Source: Candidatus Omnitrophota bacterium (lineage in GTDB: Bacteria > Omnitrophota > Gorgyraeia > VGKH01). Taken from it: DNA of 64,000 nt. Shown piece by piece: positions 8,934 through 20,422 of this stretch; position 1 is the first letter of the stretch; each line of letters begins with the position of its first letter. The DNA is taken from the NCBI GenBank assembly GCA_043819095.1, contig JBDRFF010000020.1:35890-99889 (forward strand). Reading direction: 5' to 3'. The position numbers and the translations under genes are program-made. The notes under the pieces were generated by a model. That model was not told the DNA's origin. It was given only the letters and a program-made list of their open reading frames with translations, and made no database searches.

Positions 8934-9204
8934 AATGACGACATAATTTACGGAGTTTTCAAACGACGTAAATTATTCGTCGAAATTGAACCCCCCACCA
9001 CTTTTAGTAATCAGGCGTTCTTTTATATAAAAACGTTTATCGTCTTTTCAAACCCACCATCTTTAATTCCACAGTTGTTTCTAAAAGTGGTGGGGGGTCA
9101 AATTTCCCTCGACGTTGCTCGGGACTCCTTCGAGGGATCCTGAGCGAAGTCGAAGGGCAGACAAACAATTTATGTCATTGCATTCCATAACTTGTGTCTT
9201 CATT
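8934..9204. repeat. Structured intergenic element, copy C (yraN to fhs), with nested palindrome at 9106-9157
   Basis: Same architecture; central 17-bp stem CCCCCCACCACTTTTAG/CTAAAAGTGGTGGGGGG; right arm AGACA..TGTCT. Confidence 0.9.
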
Positions 9205-9208
9205 TGAT

Positions 9209-9592
9209 CTAATATAGATAATGATTATCTAATAAAAACGCGTTTTTTATAATATCGACCTTATTTTCTCCGGATGAATTATGCATTACTGAAACAACAT
9301 CAAACCTTGCTGACTTCTTTAGTAATCTATTATTTTTTAAATATGATAAAGCCAATTGAGACAGCTTATGTTGTTTGCTCTTGGTGATTGACTCTTGAGG
9401 TGAGCCTTTTTCCTGCGTGGTTCTGGTTTTTACCTCCACAAAACAAATGCAATTCTTATCTTTTGCAACTATATCGATTTCTCCAAGGTTAGTTCTAAAA
9501 TTCTTTTCTAAAATCTTATAGCCATTGCTTTTTAAGAAATTGATTGCCGAATCTTCACCGGCAAGACCTAAATCTATTTTCTGTCTAGACAT
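9209..9592 (-). CDS. yraN: YraN family protein (UPF0102)
   Basis: G..GE..A..FL...GY.IL..NFR...GEIDIVA, FVEVKTR, RFDVV. Confidence 0.92.
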   Translation of the reverse strand: MSRQKIDLGLAGEDSAINFLKSNGYKILEKNFRTNLGEIDIVAKDKNCICFVEVKTRTTQEKGSPQESITKSKQHKLSQLALSYLKNNRLLKKSARFDVVSVMHNSSGENKVDIIKNAFLLDNHYLY

Positions 9593-10218
9593 TTTACGGG
9601 ACTAAAGCTTTTTCGATGGAATACCGACGGACCATGTCTCTTTAACGCTTTTAGATGTCTTTTTGTGCCGTAACCTTTATGTTTGGAGAAACCATACTGC
9701 GGATGAATCCTATCAAGTAAAAGCATCATTCTATCGCGGGTGAACTTCGCCACGATTGAGGCGCAGGCAATGGATAAACTTTTCGAATCCCCTTTAATTA
9801 TATTTTTAGTATAACAAGGCACATCTAGATCAAGTATATTACCGTCTACTAAAACACAAACTTGTTTTTTTAATCGATTTCTCTTGAAGCCTTTTTTCTT
9901 CTCTAAATGCAAAATCAAATCCAAGATTGCATTACGCATCGCAAGGCGCGTTGCCTCTAAGATATTTATTTGATCGATATGGTCTTCGCTGACAACGCCT
10001 AAACCGAAGATCGATTTCGTGATTATTTCGCGAAATGCCTTCTCCCGTTGCATAGCGGTGAGTTTTTTTGAATCATCGATACGATTTCTAAAACGCTTAT
10101 CTACTAATAAAACTGCCGAAGCTACCACAGGACCTGCCAGTGGACCACGACCAGCTTCGTCAACCCCGATGATGAATTTAAAACCTTTTTTCTTGGCTTT
10201 ATTTTCGTGATAAAGCAA
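9574..10218 (-). CDS. rnhB: Ribonuclease HII
   Basis: GVDEAGRGPLAGPV, DSKKL, KGD, ASIVAK, HKGYGT. Confidence 0.96.
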   Translation of the reverse strand: MLYHENKAKKKGFKFIIGVDEAGRGPLAGPVVASAVLLVDKRFRNRIDDSKKLTAMQREKAFREIITKSIFGLGVVSEDHIDQINILEATRLAMRNAILDLILHLEKKKGFKRNRLKKQVCVLVDGNILDLDVPCYTKNIIKGDSKSLSIACASIVAKFTRDRMMLLLDRIHPQYGFSKHKGYGTKRHLKALKRHGPSVFHRKSFSPVKCLDRK

Positions 10219-10563
10219 TTACTCTGCCTTTACCTTTGTGGCCTGTTTTCCGATTCTTTCTCTTAAATAATAAAGCTTATTGCGCCTAGCTTTTCCTTTT
10301 CGGGAAACCGTGATTTTTTCAATTGTCGGAGAATGTATTGGGAATGTTCTTTCAACTCCTTCGCCAAAAGATATCTTTCTTACCGTAAAGGTAGCCTTGA
10401 TGCTTTTTCCGTGCCGGCGTATAACCACGCCTTCAAAATCATGAATTCGAAATTTACCTTCGGCCTCCGGAACTTTGACCGAAACCTTTACTGTATCCCC
10501 GGCCTTAAAATCTGGGATATCTTTTTTCAGTTGCTCTGCTTCAATCTCTTCTATTCGTTTCAT
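10219..10563 (-). CDS. rplS: 50S ribosomal protein L19
   Basis: [36 protein letters not shown]. Confidence 0.97.
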   Translation of the reverse strand: MKRIEEIEAEQLKKDIPDFKAGDTVKVSVKVPEAEGKFRIHDFEGVVIRRHGKSIKATFTVRKISFGEGVERTFPIHSPTIEKITVSRKGKARRNKLYYLRERIGKQATKVKAE

Positions 10564-10577
10564 TTTAACCTCCGTTT

Positions 10578-12400
<1,823 letters not shown>

Positions 12401-13492
12401 TTAAAGTATTAACATTGCGTCGCCGTAACTGTAAAATCGATATTTTTTTTCGATCGCCTCTTGGTAGGCGCGCTTTATTAAATCCGTGCCGGCGAATGCG
12501 CAAACTAACATAAATAACGTCGTGCGCGGTAGATGAAAATTCGTAATAAGAACATCGACTAATTTTGGTTTATATCCTGGATAAACGAACAAATCTGTTG
12601 TGCCTTTTATGGATTTTTGGGGTGGATCGCAGACTCTAGATTCCAGGTTATCCGACTTCTTTCCGTGGCTTCTTACCTCCAACCCAAAATCTGCAATCCC
12701 TGACCCCCTTACAATTGTTTCTACAACCCTAAAGCTTGTAGTACCGACAGCAATAATTATTCTTCCGCTAGATTTGGCTTTTTGGATATCTTTTACGGTT
12801 TTAGCCGCCACCTCAAACTCTTCGCTATGCATCTTGTGCTTAGCGATGTTTTCTTCTTTTACTGGATTAAACGTTGCGTAATTGACATGGAGCGTGACTT
12901 TATTAATTTTTATTCCGGAGTTTTTTATTTTTGAAAGCGAACGCTTTGTAAAATGAAGCCCAGCTGTAGGGCTTGCTACTGATCCCTTATGTTTTGCATA
13001 AACTGTCTGATAATGTGTTTTATCAATTGCTTCTGGCTGCCTCTTCACATAAGGCGGAAGTGGAATCTGGCCTAATTTGAATAATCGAGATTGATTCTTT
13101 GTATTGAATCGAACGATTTTTTGCAGTGGGTCTTTGAGCTGCGCCGTAATTTTACCTCCATTAAAAAGTATTTTTTCATTTAATTTCAATCTCTTCAATG
13201 GCTTAATCAAGCTTTTATAAGAATATCCGTCGGATAAACGTTTCAATAAAAATATTTCAACACTGCCGCCCGACGCACGTCTACCCATAAGCCTTGCTGG
13301 GACCACCTTGCTATCGTTTAAAATCATCAGGCTTTTTTTGGGAAGATACTTTAAAATATTGAAGAATTTATCATGATAGATTTCCTTGGAAGCTCTATCG
13401 ATAACCAAAAGCCGCGCTTGGTCTCTTTTCTTTAATGGGTATTGAGCGATTAACTCTCTAGGAAGGTCGTAGTCGAATTCTCGTAACTTCAT
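12401..13492 (-). CDS. queA: S-adenosylmethionine:tRNA ribosyltransferase-isomerase
   Basis: FDYDLP..LIAQYP, PLPPY, YQTVYA, SPTAGLHF, TNFHLP, YRFYSYGDAM; carries an in-frame insertion. Confidence 0.96.
   Translation of the reverse strand: MKLREFDYDLPRELIAQYPLKKRDQARLLVIDRASKEIYHDKFFNILKYLPKKSLMILNDSKVVPARLMGRRASGGSVEIFLLKRLSDGYSYKSLIKPLKRLKLNEKILFNGGKITAQLKDPLQKIVRFNTKNQSRLFKLGQIPLPPYVKRQPEAIDKTHYQTVYAKHKGSVASPTAGLHFTKRSLSKIKNSGIKINKVTLHVNYATFNPVKEENIAKHKMHSEEFEVAAKTVKDIQKAKSSGRIIIAVGTTSFRVVETIVRGSGIADFGLEVRSHGKKSDNLESRVCDPPQKSIKGTTDLFVYPGYKPKLVDVLITNFHLPRTTLFMLVCAFAGTDLIKRAYQEAIEKKYRFYSYGDAMLIL
12624..12699 (-). repeat. Intragenic 25-bp hairpin of heptamer-like units inside queA
   Basis: mRNA-strand arms GGATTGCAGATTTTGGGTTGGAGGT and ACCTGGAATCTAGAGTCTGCGATCC pair with 5 G.U and 2 mismatches. 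Confidence 0.75.
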
Positions 13493-14646
13493 TTTGAAAT
13501 TTCAGAACCAGGATAGTAATATTTTAATATCTCGTCGTATTTAAAACCACAATCAGACATAGATTTTGCACCCCATTGGCACAAGCCAACGCCGTGACCC
13601 CAGCCTTTACCAATAAAATCAGCGTAATATCCACGCATCTTAACTGTAAAATTAGTGCTTTTGATAATATTTGGCCCAACAATCATGCGAAATTCTTTTC
13701 CAGAAAGATAAATTTTACTGTCGCGACGGTCAATAATCTCTAATCTATCTATTCTTCCTGAATCGTTTATTTCTAGAATATTTATTTCTTTTATCAACCC
13801 AATTTTCTTGCCCGCTTTTATAAGCTTAACCTGGATATCCTTAAGTCTCAAATTTTCCTTCCATCGAATATGCGGAGATTTACTGTCAAAATCGCATTCC
13901 ACGCCTTTTAACGGCGGCAGATCAATATTCCAAAGCCGCGAGGCATCCTCAGTATGTCCAGCGCAAGTAGCATGGTAATACGTAGGAAAAATCTCTCCTT
14001 CGAAAGTCAGAAGTTCTCCTAGCGTCCGGTTTACGGCCATGTTTGTGCGGTATTTCTCAGACGTCCTTCCACCGTAGACCTGGGAATAAATATCACTGGT
14101 TAGATCATAATCTCTGGCTTCATTGACCTTTGCCTGGTAAAGCGCGTATGTCCTAGCCGCAACCGCCTGTGCCTTTATGGCCTCAAGAGGCCATTTATGC
14201 GAAACCTCATGATACAGGACTCCACGGATATAACTCTCGACATCAATATGATTCACCACCAAAAGCGTCATATCCTGCTGACGCACGATATCAACCTGGC
14301 CACGAAAACGGCGCTTATTTACAAATATGGTCGCATCTTTCTTTGGAACGATTTTTATGCCAAAAATCTTAAAATATGAATACCTCCCTATTTTTATTCC
14401 ATAATTAGTCGGTGTCACGATTGAAGTCTTCAAATTCCTATATTCAGCAAGAGGTTCATTGGTATTCAAAGAATAAATGCTAAAAGGCCCCTTTATGATA
14501 AGTCTTAAAGATAGCTTATCTTTGATTATCGCCACGCGCACGTATAAATTAGATTTAGTCGGCGAGGGCGGTTGCGAAAAGCCCAAAAGAGAAACCGCGC
14601 AGATTAGAATTATTAAAATTCTTGTTATCTTTTTTTCCATAACCAT
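13489..14646 (-). CDS. SpoIID/LytB domain protein (exported lytic transglycosylase-like)
   Basis: Signal peptide; YIRGVLYHEV...EAIKAQAVAARTYA, SQVYGG, GWGHGVGLCQWGA; start may be 14640. Confidence 0.92.
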   Translation of the reverse strand: MVMEKKITRILIILICAVSLLGFSQPPSPTKSNLYVRVAIIKDKLSLRLIIKGPFSIYSLNTNEPLAEYRNLKTSIVTPTNYGIKIGRYSYFKIFGIKIVPKKDATIFVNKRRFRGQVDIVRQQDMTLLVVNHIDVESYIRGVLYHEVSHKWPLEAIKAQAVAARTYALYQAKVNEARDYDLTSDIYSQVYGGRTSEKYRTNMAVNRTLGELLTFEGEIFPTYYHATCAGHTEDASRLWNIDLPPLKGVECDFDSKSPHIRWKENLRLKDIQVKLIKAGKKIGLIKEINILEINDSGRIDRLEIIDRRDSKIYLSGKEFRMIVGPNIIKSTNFTVKMRGYYADFIGKGWGHGVGLCQWGAKSMSDCGFKYDEILKYYYPGSEISK

Positions 14647-14849
14647 AAAACCATAGTCATGATAATGCTAATTAATATACATGTTGTTATGGGAAAATAA
14701 AATGAGGAATTCTTCTTCTGGATATAGATATCCCCCGGGAGTTTTCCCAACCAGGGAATTTTCCCTCCCAGAAGAAAAGTCAGTCCCAATATAACTAAAA
14801 CCACACCGACTAAAATTAATATTTTTCCCACAATATTAAGTTCGCTCAT
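14625..14849 (-). CDS. DUF2905 family membrane protein
   Basis: GKILILVG...LGKLPGDIYI....FYFPITTCILIS. Confidence 0.9.
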   Translation of the reverse strand: MSELNIVGKILILVGVVLVILGLTFLLGGKIPWLGKLPGDIYIQKKNSSFYFPITTCILISIIMTMVLWLWKKR

Positions 14850-14863
14850 ATCTCTCGATTTCT

Positions 14864-15047
14864 AATGAGCGCACAATTTACGTCGCTATTGCTCCGTAAA
14901 TTGTTTGCGCGAATTAGACCCCACACCTTTTATCTATTCAAACTATCTTAAAAACTCCCACCAAAAAATATGAATACTAAAAAAGTGTGGGGTCAAATTC
15001 AACCATACGACTTATGTTCACTTCGTTCCATAAGTCGTGGCTTCATT
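14864..15047. repeat. Structured intergenic element, copy D (overlaps queH 3' end)
   Basis: AATGA-GCGCA-CAATTTACG..CGTAAATTG-TT-TGCGC-GAATT-AGACCCCACAC..GTGTGGGGTC-AAATTC-AACCA-TA-CGACTTATG..CATAAGTCG-TGGCT-TCATT. Confidence 0.9.
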
Positions 15048-15557
15048 TGAGAATATACATCCGCAATATTTTTGGCAATACAGGCCTGCATCTTTTGCTT
15101 TTTTATGCGCGTCGCGAAAACCGCTTCGAAAATCTTCGAATACAAACTTTATTCCTGTATCTTTTGAAATCTCTTCTCCGATTTTCTTTATTCTCTCGAT
15201 ATCCTGATACGGGCTGACCAAAAGCGTAGTCGAGAAACTCTCCATACCTTTATCTTTGGCAAATTCCGCAGTTTTCTTTAAACGGAGCTTCCAGCAGATA
15301 TGGCATCTCTGAGGCGCTTTCTCGTTATTTGCGATTACTCGAAAAAAATCTTCTGGACTGTATTTCTCTTCGCAATAAACAGAAATGCTATTCGGCTTTG
15401 AATAATCCTCAACAGCCTTCTTTCGATTTTCATATTCAAACAATGGTTGTATGTTGGGATTATAGAAAAAACCCGCCACTTCGTAGTCCTGTTTTTTTAA
15501 AATTTCATAAGGATAAATCAGACATGGCGCGCAGCAGGTATGAAGCAATAACTTCAT
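15018..15557 (-). CDS. queH: Epoxyqueuosine reductase QueH
   Basis: MKLLLHTCCAPC, FYNPNI, RC..C...RL, FSTTL..SP.Q, QKYCGC; start moved to 15557 to avoid overlap with ruvB. Confidence 0.92.
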   Translation of the reverse strand: MKLLLHTCCAPCLIYPYEILKKQDYEVAGFFYNPNIQPLFEYENRKKAVEDYSKPNSISVYCEEKYSPEDFFRVIANNEKAPQRCHICWKLRLKKTAEFAKDKGMESFSTTLLVSPYQDIERIKKIGEEISKDTGIKFVFEDFRSGFRDAHKKAKDAGLYCQKYCGCIFSNEATTYGTK

Positions 15558-15564
15558 TCTAAGT

Positions 15565-16605
15565 TTAAAATAAATCCTTTTGTTCTTGTTTTTTATTGGC
15601 GAGACCAAAATGCTCGTAAGTTAACTTTGTAGCCTGTCTGCCTCGAGAGGTACGTTTCAAATATCCAGTTTTCAGCAAAAAAGGTTCGATGCAATCAACA
15701 ATTGTATCAACTTCTTCGTTTAGTGTTGCAGCCAGTGCCTCAACTCCTACGGGACCGCCTTCATAAACCTCAAGGATTGTCTTTAAGACTTTCCTGTCAA
15801 CCTGATCTAAACCGGCTTCATCAATTCTTAGATTCTTAAGCGCGGCGTCGACTATATCTCTTGTCACTTTTTGTTTAGGTTTTTTTACCTGAGAATAATC
15901 CCTTACTCTACGAAGCAACCTGTTGGCGATCCTAGGCGTGCCTCTGGAGCGTTTAGCGATTTCATCTGCTGCTTCATTTTCTATTGGCAAAGACAATATC
16001 TTTGCTGAATGCTTTATTATCGTACTTAATTCATCGAATGGATAAAAATCAAGATGATAAAAAATCCCAAATCTTTCCCGAAGCGGAGCGGTCAAAAGAC
16101 CGCTTCTTGTTGTTGCCCCGACTAAAGTAAAGGGTTTTAGATTAAATTTAATCGTCTTGGCGTAGGGACCCTTATCTATCACAAAATCAATCTGAAAACT
16201 TTCCATTGCCGGATAAAGGAATTCCTCAACGACCTTAGAAAGTCTATGAATCTCGTCAATGAATAAAACATCTCCCTTTTCCAGATTAGTCAAGATCCCG
16301 ATTAGGTCACCTGCGCGCTCAATGGCAGGACCGGAAGTAGCGGTAATCTTTGTCTGCATCTCATGGGCAATTATATGCGCCAGAGATGTCTTACCTAAAC
16401 CAGGGGGACCTGAGAATAAAACGTGCTCGAGAGGCTCTTTCCTTTGTTTTGTGGCCTGTAAGGCAACTTTAAGATTATCTACGACTTCCTTCTGGCCTAC
16501 AAACTCAGTAAGCTTGCTGGGACGAAGAGATATATTTAAAACTATATCTTCTTCAGTCTCTTGGTTAATTATTAGTTTTTGGCGGTCCTTCTGCATAGGG
16601 TTCAA
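15565..16605 (-). CDS. ruvB: Holliday junction branch migration helicase
   Basis: SLRP, GPPGLGKT, FIDEIHR, GATTRSG, RGTPRIANRLL; start possibly 16596. Confidence 0.97.
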   Translation of the reverse strand: MNPMQKDRQKLIINQETEEDIVLNISLRPSKLTEFVGQKEVVDNLKVALQATKQRKEPLEHVLFSGPPGLGKTSLAHIIAHEMQTKITATSGPAIERAGDLIGILTNLEKGDVLFIDEIHRLSKVVEEFLYPAMESFQIDFVIDKGPYAKTIKFNLKPFTLVGATTRSGLLTAPLRERFGIFYHLDFYPFDELSTIIKHSAKILSLPIENEAADEIAKRSRGTPRIANRLLRRVRDYSQVKKPKQKVTRDIVDAALKNLRIDEAGLDQVDRKVLKTILEVYEGGPVGVEALAATLNEEVDTIVDCIEPFLLKTGYLKRTSRGRQATKLTYEHFGLANKKQEQKDLF

Positions 16606-17329
16606 TGTTTTCCTTGTTTCTTAAGATCCTGATTTCGCCAAATAGCTGTCTTTGTATTATGGTTATTTCTTTCAATCTTATAAGTTCCAGAATAGCTAAA
16701 AATGAAGCTATGATTTCTAACTTGTTCACTGCTTTTAGGAATATTGTCTGAAGGCTTATTTCTGGTTCTTCTAATAAAATATGTAAAATGTCATGAATCT
16801 TTTGATCAACCGTAAACTCATCCCTCATTACCTCGTAGAAAATCTCTCGAGGGACTTCTTTCATTGCCTTGGAAAAGGCGCTGATTAAATCAAAAAGGTT
16901 AGCTTCAAAATAAACCTCTCCTGGCTCACGCAAGAATCTCTCTTCGGTTTTCTTGTCGGGCTCACGAGTAAAAAGATTTTTTCTTGCTATTTCTCTCTGC
17001 CTTAAATCATCGGCGGCATCTTTATATTTCTGGTATTCAAGCAGTCTGTTAATCAGTTCGGCACGCGGATCTTCAATTTCTTCTTCAGGTGACTCATCAG
17101 GCTGAGGCAACAACATCTTAGATTTTATCTGCATTAAGGTTGCCGCTACCACCAGAAATTCACCGACAATATCTAAATCTAATAACTTCATTACCTCGAT
17201 ATATTGCAAATACTGTTCAGTAATTGTTGAGATAGGAATATCGTAGATATTGACTTCGTTCTTCTTGATAAGATAAAGAAGCAAATCTAGCGGACCTTCA
17301 AAAAAATCTAATTTTATCTTGTAGCTCAT
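16565..17329 (-). CDS. scpA: Segregation and condensation protein A
   Basis: FEGPLDLLLYLI, EFLVVAATLMQIKSKMLLP, DPRAEL, FLAILEL. Confidence 0.94.
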   Translation of the reverse strand: MSYKIKLDFFEGPLDLLLYLIKKNEVNIYDIPISTITEQYLQYIEVMKLLDLDIVGEFLVVAATLMQIKSKMLLPQPDESPEEEIEDPRAELINRLLEYQKYKDAADDLRQREIARKNLFTREPDKKTEERFLREPGEVYFEANLFDLISAFSKAMKEVPREIFYEVMRDEFTVDQKIHDILHILLEEPEISLQTIFLKAVNKLEIIASFLAILELIRLKEITIIQRQLFGEIRILRNKENIEPYAEGPPKTNN

Positions 17330-17332
17330 TTT

Positions 17333-18313
17333 TTATTTTGCAAATAGTGCCTTTCTTGTTTCCTCTATTGTGGCACTGGCTAATTCTCTGGCCTTTTTTG
17401 CTCCATCAGCGAGAACCTTTTTTATTTTGTTTTTATCCTTCAATATCTGACTACGCTTTTTTTGAATAGGCGTTAGCACATCAAGAAGAACATCGGACAA
17501 TTTTTGTTTGCATTCGGTACAACCGACCGTTGCGCCGCTGCACCACTGGTAAACATTGGTTTTCATCTGGGGCGCGAATACTTCATAATAACTATAAACA
17601 TTACATTCATGCGGATGCCCAGAATCAGACAATTTTATTCTTTTTGGATCGGTAAACATGCTTCTAGTCTTTTGCTTAACAGCCTCGGGCGAGTCAGATA
17701 AGTTAATTGTATTATTATAACTTTTACTCATTTTTCTGCCGTCGATCCCCAATAATTTCGGCACCTTAGTCAGGATCGCTTCTGGCTCAGGAAAGATATT
17801 TTTATATAGATGATTAAACCGCCTGGCAATCTCACGGGTAAGCTCTAAATGCGGAAGCTGGTCTTTGCCTACGGGAACAGCATTAGCTTTATAGACTAAA
17901 ATATCTGCTGCCTGTAGGACCGGATAGCCCAAAAATGCATAGGTACCTAAGTCTCTATTTCCTATCTCTTTTAGTTGTTCTTTGTATGTCGGACAACGTT
18001 CAAGCCAACCTAATGGCGTGATGCATGAAAAAATCATATCTAATTCTAAATGTTCCTTTACATCGGATTGGATGAAAATAACGGATTTTTTTAGGTCGAT
18101 CCCACAGGCGATCCAGTCAACGACATTATCAAAGGTGTAATCTTGGGTTGACTTTGCGTTCTCGTATTCACTCATTAAGGCATGCCAGTCAGCAACCATA
18201 AATAGACAATTATATTCGTTTTGTAGTTTTACCCAGTTGGATAAAGCGCCGACCAAATGCCCCAAGTGCAGCTGTCCGGTGGGGCGCATACCGCTTAAGA
18301 TTCGTTTTTTCAT
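17333..18313 (-). CDS. trpS: Tryptophan-tRNA ligase
   Basis: SGMRPTG.LHLGH, YPVLQAADIL, VPVGKDQ, KMSKS. Confidence 0.97.
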   Translation of the reverse strand: MKKRILSGMRPTGQLHLGHLVGALSNWVKLQNEYNCLFMVADWHALMSEYENAKSTQDYTFDNVVDWIACGIDLKKSVIFIQSDVKEHLELDMIFSCITPLGWLERCPTYKEQLKEIGNRDLGTYAFLGYPVLQAADILVYKANAVPVGKDQLPHLELTREIARRFNHLYKNIFPEPEAILTKVPKLLGIDGRKMSKSYNNTINLSDSPEAVKQKTRSMFTDPKRIKLSDSGHPHECNVYSYYEVFAPQMKTNVYQWCSGATVGCTECKQKLSDVLLDVLTPIQKKRSQILKDKNKIKKVLADGAKKARELASATIEETRKALFAK

Positions 18314-18319
18314 CTTGAG

Positions 18320-20422
18320 TTATGACTCCTTTAATTTTCTGGCGATTTTCTCGATTTCGTAAACTTGAACTACATCACCTTTTTGGTAATCGTCAAAATT
18401 GCTTAGCGTAAGACCGCATTCAAAACCCTCGGCGACATCACGAACATCGTCTTTAAATCTCTTCAGGCCTGAAAGGTTTCCTTCGTAAATCACTTTTCCG
18501 TTGCGTAAAAGTTCTGCGTAAGAATTGCGCATGACCTTGCCTTTTTGGACAAAACAACCGGCAACTTTGCCTGCCTTTGTAAGCTTAAAAACCTGCCTGA
18601 TCTCTATGCGTCCCAAAAAGTTCTTTTTTATCTTTGGCTCCAATAAACCTTCCAGCGCTGCTTTTATATCATTTATGGCATCATAGATTATCCGATATGT
18701 ACGTACATCCACGCCCTCTTTATCTGCGATTTCTTTCGCCTGAGCTTCGATAGTCACGTGAAAACCGATTATTACGGCGTTAGATGCGGCTGCCAAAATT
18801 ACGTCAGAATTATTTATCGAGCTAATCCCTGAATGTATAGTTACAAGCTTTACTTCTTTTGTAGAAAGTTTTTCTAAAGAGTCCTTTAAGGCCTCAAGGG
18901 AGCCCTGAACATCTGCCTTTAAGATAATCATTAATTCCTTTACCTTGCCTTCTTTGACCTGGGAATATAAATCTTCTAAGCTAATTCGCTGGATAGGCTG
19001 AGTTTCCTTTTGTCTCTTTAATTCAACTCGTTTTAGGCAGATTTCCTTTGCTTTTTTTTCATCGTCGCTAACTAGAAAATGCTCTCCCGCCTCCGGCAAT
19101 CCTGAAAGCCCTAAAATTTCCACCGGAGAACCCGGCGTTGCCTGCTCTATTGGTTTTTCTCTGTCGTTTAACAAAGCCTTAATTCTTCCATAATAATCTC
19201 CAGCAATAATTATATCCGACTTTTTCAATGTACCATTCTCTACAATTAATGTTACAATAGGACCTTTACCTTTACTTAGTCTGGCCTCCACCACTACTCC
19301 GGAAGCACTTCTGTTATAATTTGCTTTGAGCTCAAGAAGCTCTGCCTCAAGAAGTATCATCTCTAATAAATTATCTATACCTTCGCCGGTTTTTGCAGAT
19401 ACACCTACAGCTACGGTCTTACCGCCCCAGTCTTCCGGAGCAAGGTCATATTTTGAAAGTTGTTTTTTTACTTTATCAATATCTGCTTGTGGTCTATCGA
19501 TTTTATTTATAGCCACAACTATAGGAACCCCTGCTGCCTTTGCATGATCGATTGCCTCGATTGTCTGGGGTTTAATTCCTTCGTCCGCTGCCACAACCAA
19601 TACTACTAAATCAGTGATATTCGCTCCTCTGGCACGCATAGCAGTAAATGCCTCATGACCCGGCGTATCCAAAAAAGTAATTCTTCCTTTATTGATTTTA
19701 ACTTCGTAAGCGCCGATATGTTGAGTGATACCTCCATGTTCTTTTTCGGTAATTTTACTTTTTCGTATCATATCAAGAAGCGATGTCTTACCGTGATCAA
19801 CATGCCCCATAAAGGTAACTACTGGAGGGCGGAAAGTTAACGAAGATTTATCTTCGACTACTTCGTGTTCCTGAACTAGTTTCTCCTCTTCGGTAAGAAC
19901 CTTACGAAAACTAAAGCCAAGGGGAGTAGCGATCTTTTTCAATGCCTCCTCATCAAGGGGCTGATTTAGAGTAACCATCAAGCCCATCTTTATTAATTTA
20001 GAAATAATTACATTGGGTTTTTCTTGAAGCTTGTTGGAAATCTCTCTTACATTGATAGGAAAATCTACCTCGATTTCTTTTAAAGCGGGCTTTGCTTCTA
20101 TTGGTGGTGGGGGCGGCGGCTTGACTACTACCTCGGGTTTCTTTTCCTCAACAACTGTTTTCTTTTCAATTACTTCTTCTTTAGGCTTCCTTCTCGGCAT
20201 TCCCCTTGGTTGAACCTTCGGCTTTGCCTTTGGTTTTGGCTTCACCTTAGGCTTCTCTTTTTTTACTGACTTTGGTTTTTTAGGTTCTTTTTTAAGAAGC
20301 TTGACAGCTTCAGCCGAGACCAAACTCATGTGGCCTTTGACTTTAAAGCCCAGAGTATTTAGCTTATCTATAATCTTCTGGCTTGAAACCTTTAATTCTT
20401 TAGCTAATTGATGAACACGCAT
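18320..20422 (-). CDS. infB: Translation initiation factor IF-2
   Basis: [35 protein letters not shown]; Lys/Pro-rich linker. Confidence 0.97.
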   Translation of the reverse strand: MRVHQLAKELKVSSQKIIDKLNTLGFKVKGHMSLVSAEAVKLLKKEPKKPKSVKKEKPKVKPKPKAKPKVQPRGMPRRKPKEEVIEKKTVVEEKKPEVVVKPPPPPPIEAKPALKEIEVDFPINVREISNKLQEKPNVIISKLIKMGLMVTLNQPLDEEALKKIATPLGFSFRKVLTEEEKLVQEHEVVEDKSSLTFRPPVVTFMGHVDHGKTSLLDMIRKSKITEKEHGGITQHIGAYEVKINKGRITFLDTPGHEAFTAMRARGANITDLVVLVVAADEGIKPQTIEAIDHAKAAGVPIVVAINKIDRPQADIDKVKKQLSKYDLAPEDWGGKTVAVGVSAKTGEGIDNLLEMILLEAELLELKANYNRSASGVVVEARLSKGKGPIVTLIVENGTLKKSDIIIAGDYYGRIKALLNDREKPIEQATPGSPVEILGLSGLPEAGEHFLVSDDEKKAKEICLKRVELKRQKETQPIQRISLEDLYSQVKEGKVKELMIILKADVQGSLEALKDSLEKLSTKEVKLVTIHSGISSINNSDVILAAASNAVIIGFHVTIEAQAKEIADKEGVDVRTYRIIYDAINDIKAALEGLLEPKIKKNFLGRIEIRQVFKLTKAGKVAGCFVQKGKVMRNSYAELLRNGKVIYEGNLSGLKRFKDDVRDVAEGFECGLTLSNFDDYQKGDVVQVYEIEKIARKLKES

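Noticed and set aside
9020-9052. Portable promoter in the copy C/E loop (TTGAAA...TATAAA)
   Set aside because: Spacing and -10 match are poor and not consistent between copies C and E; plausible by chance in AT-rich DNA.
20090-20300. Repetitive Lys/Pro-coding DNA in infB
   Set aside because: Ordinary low-complexity IF-2 N-terminal linker.
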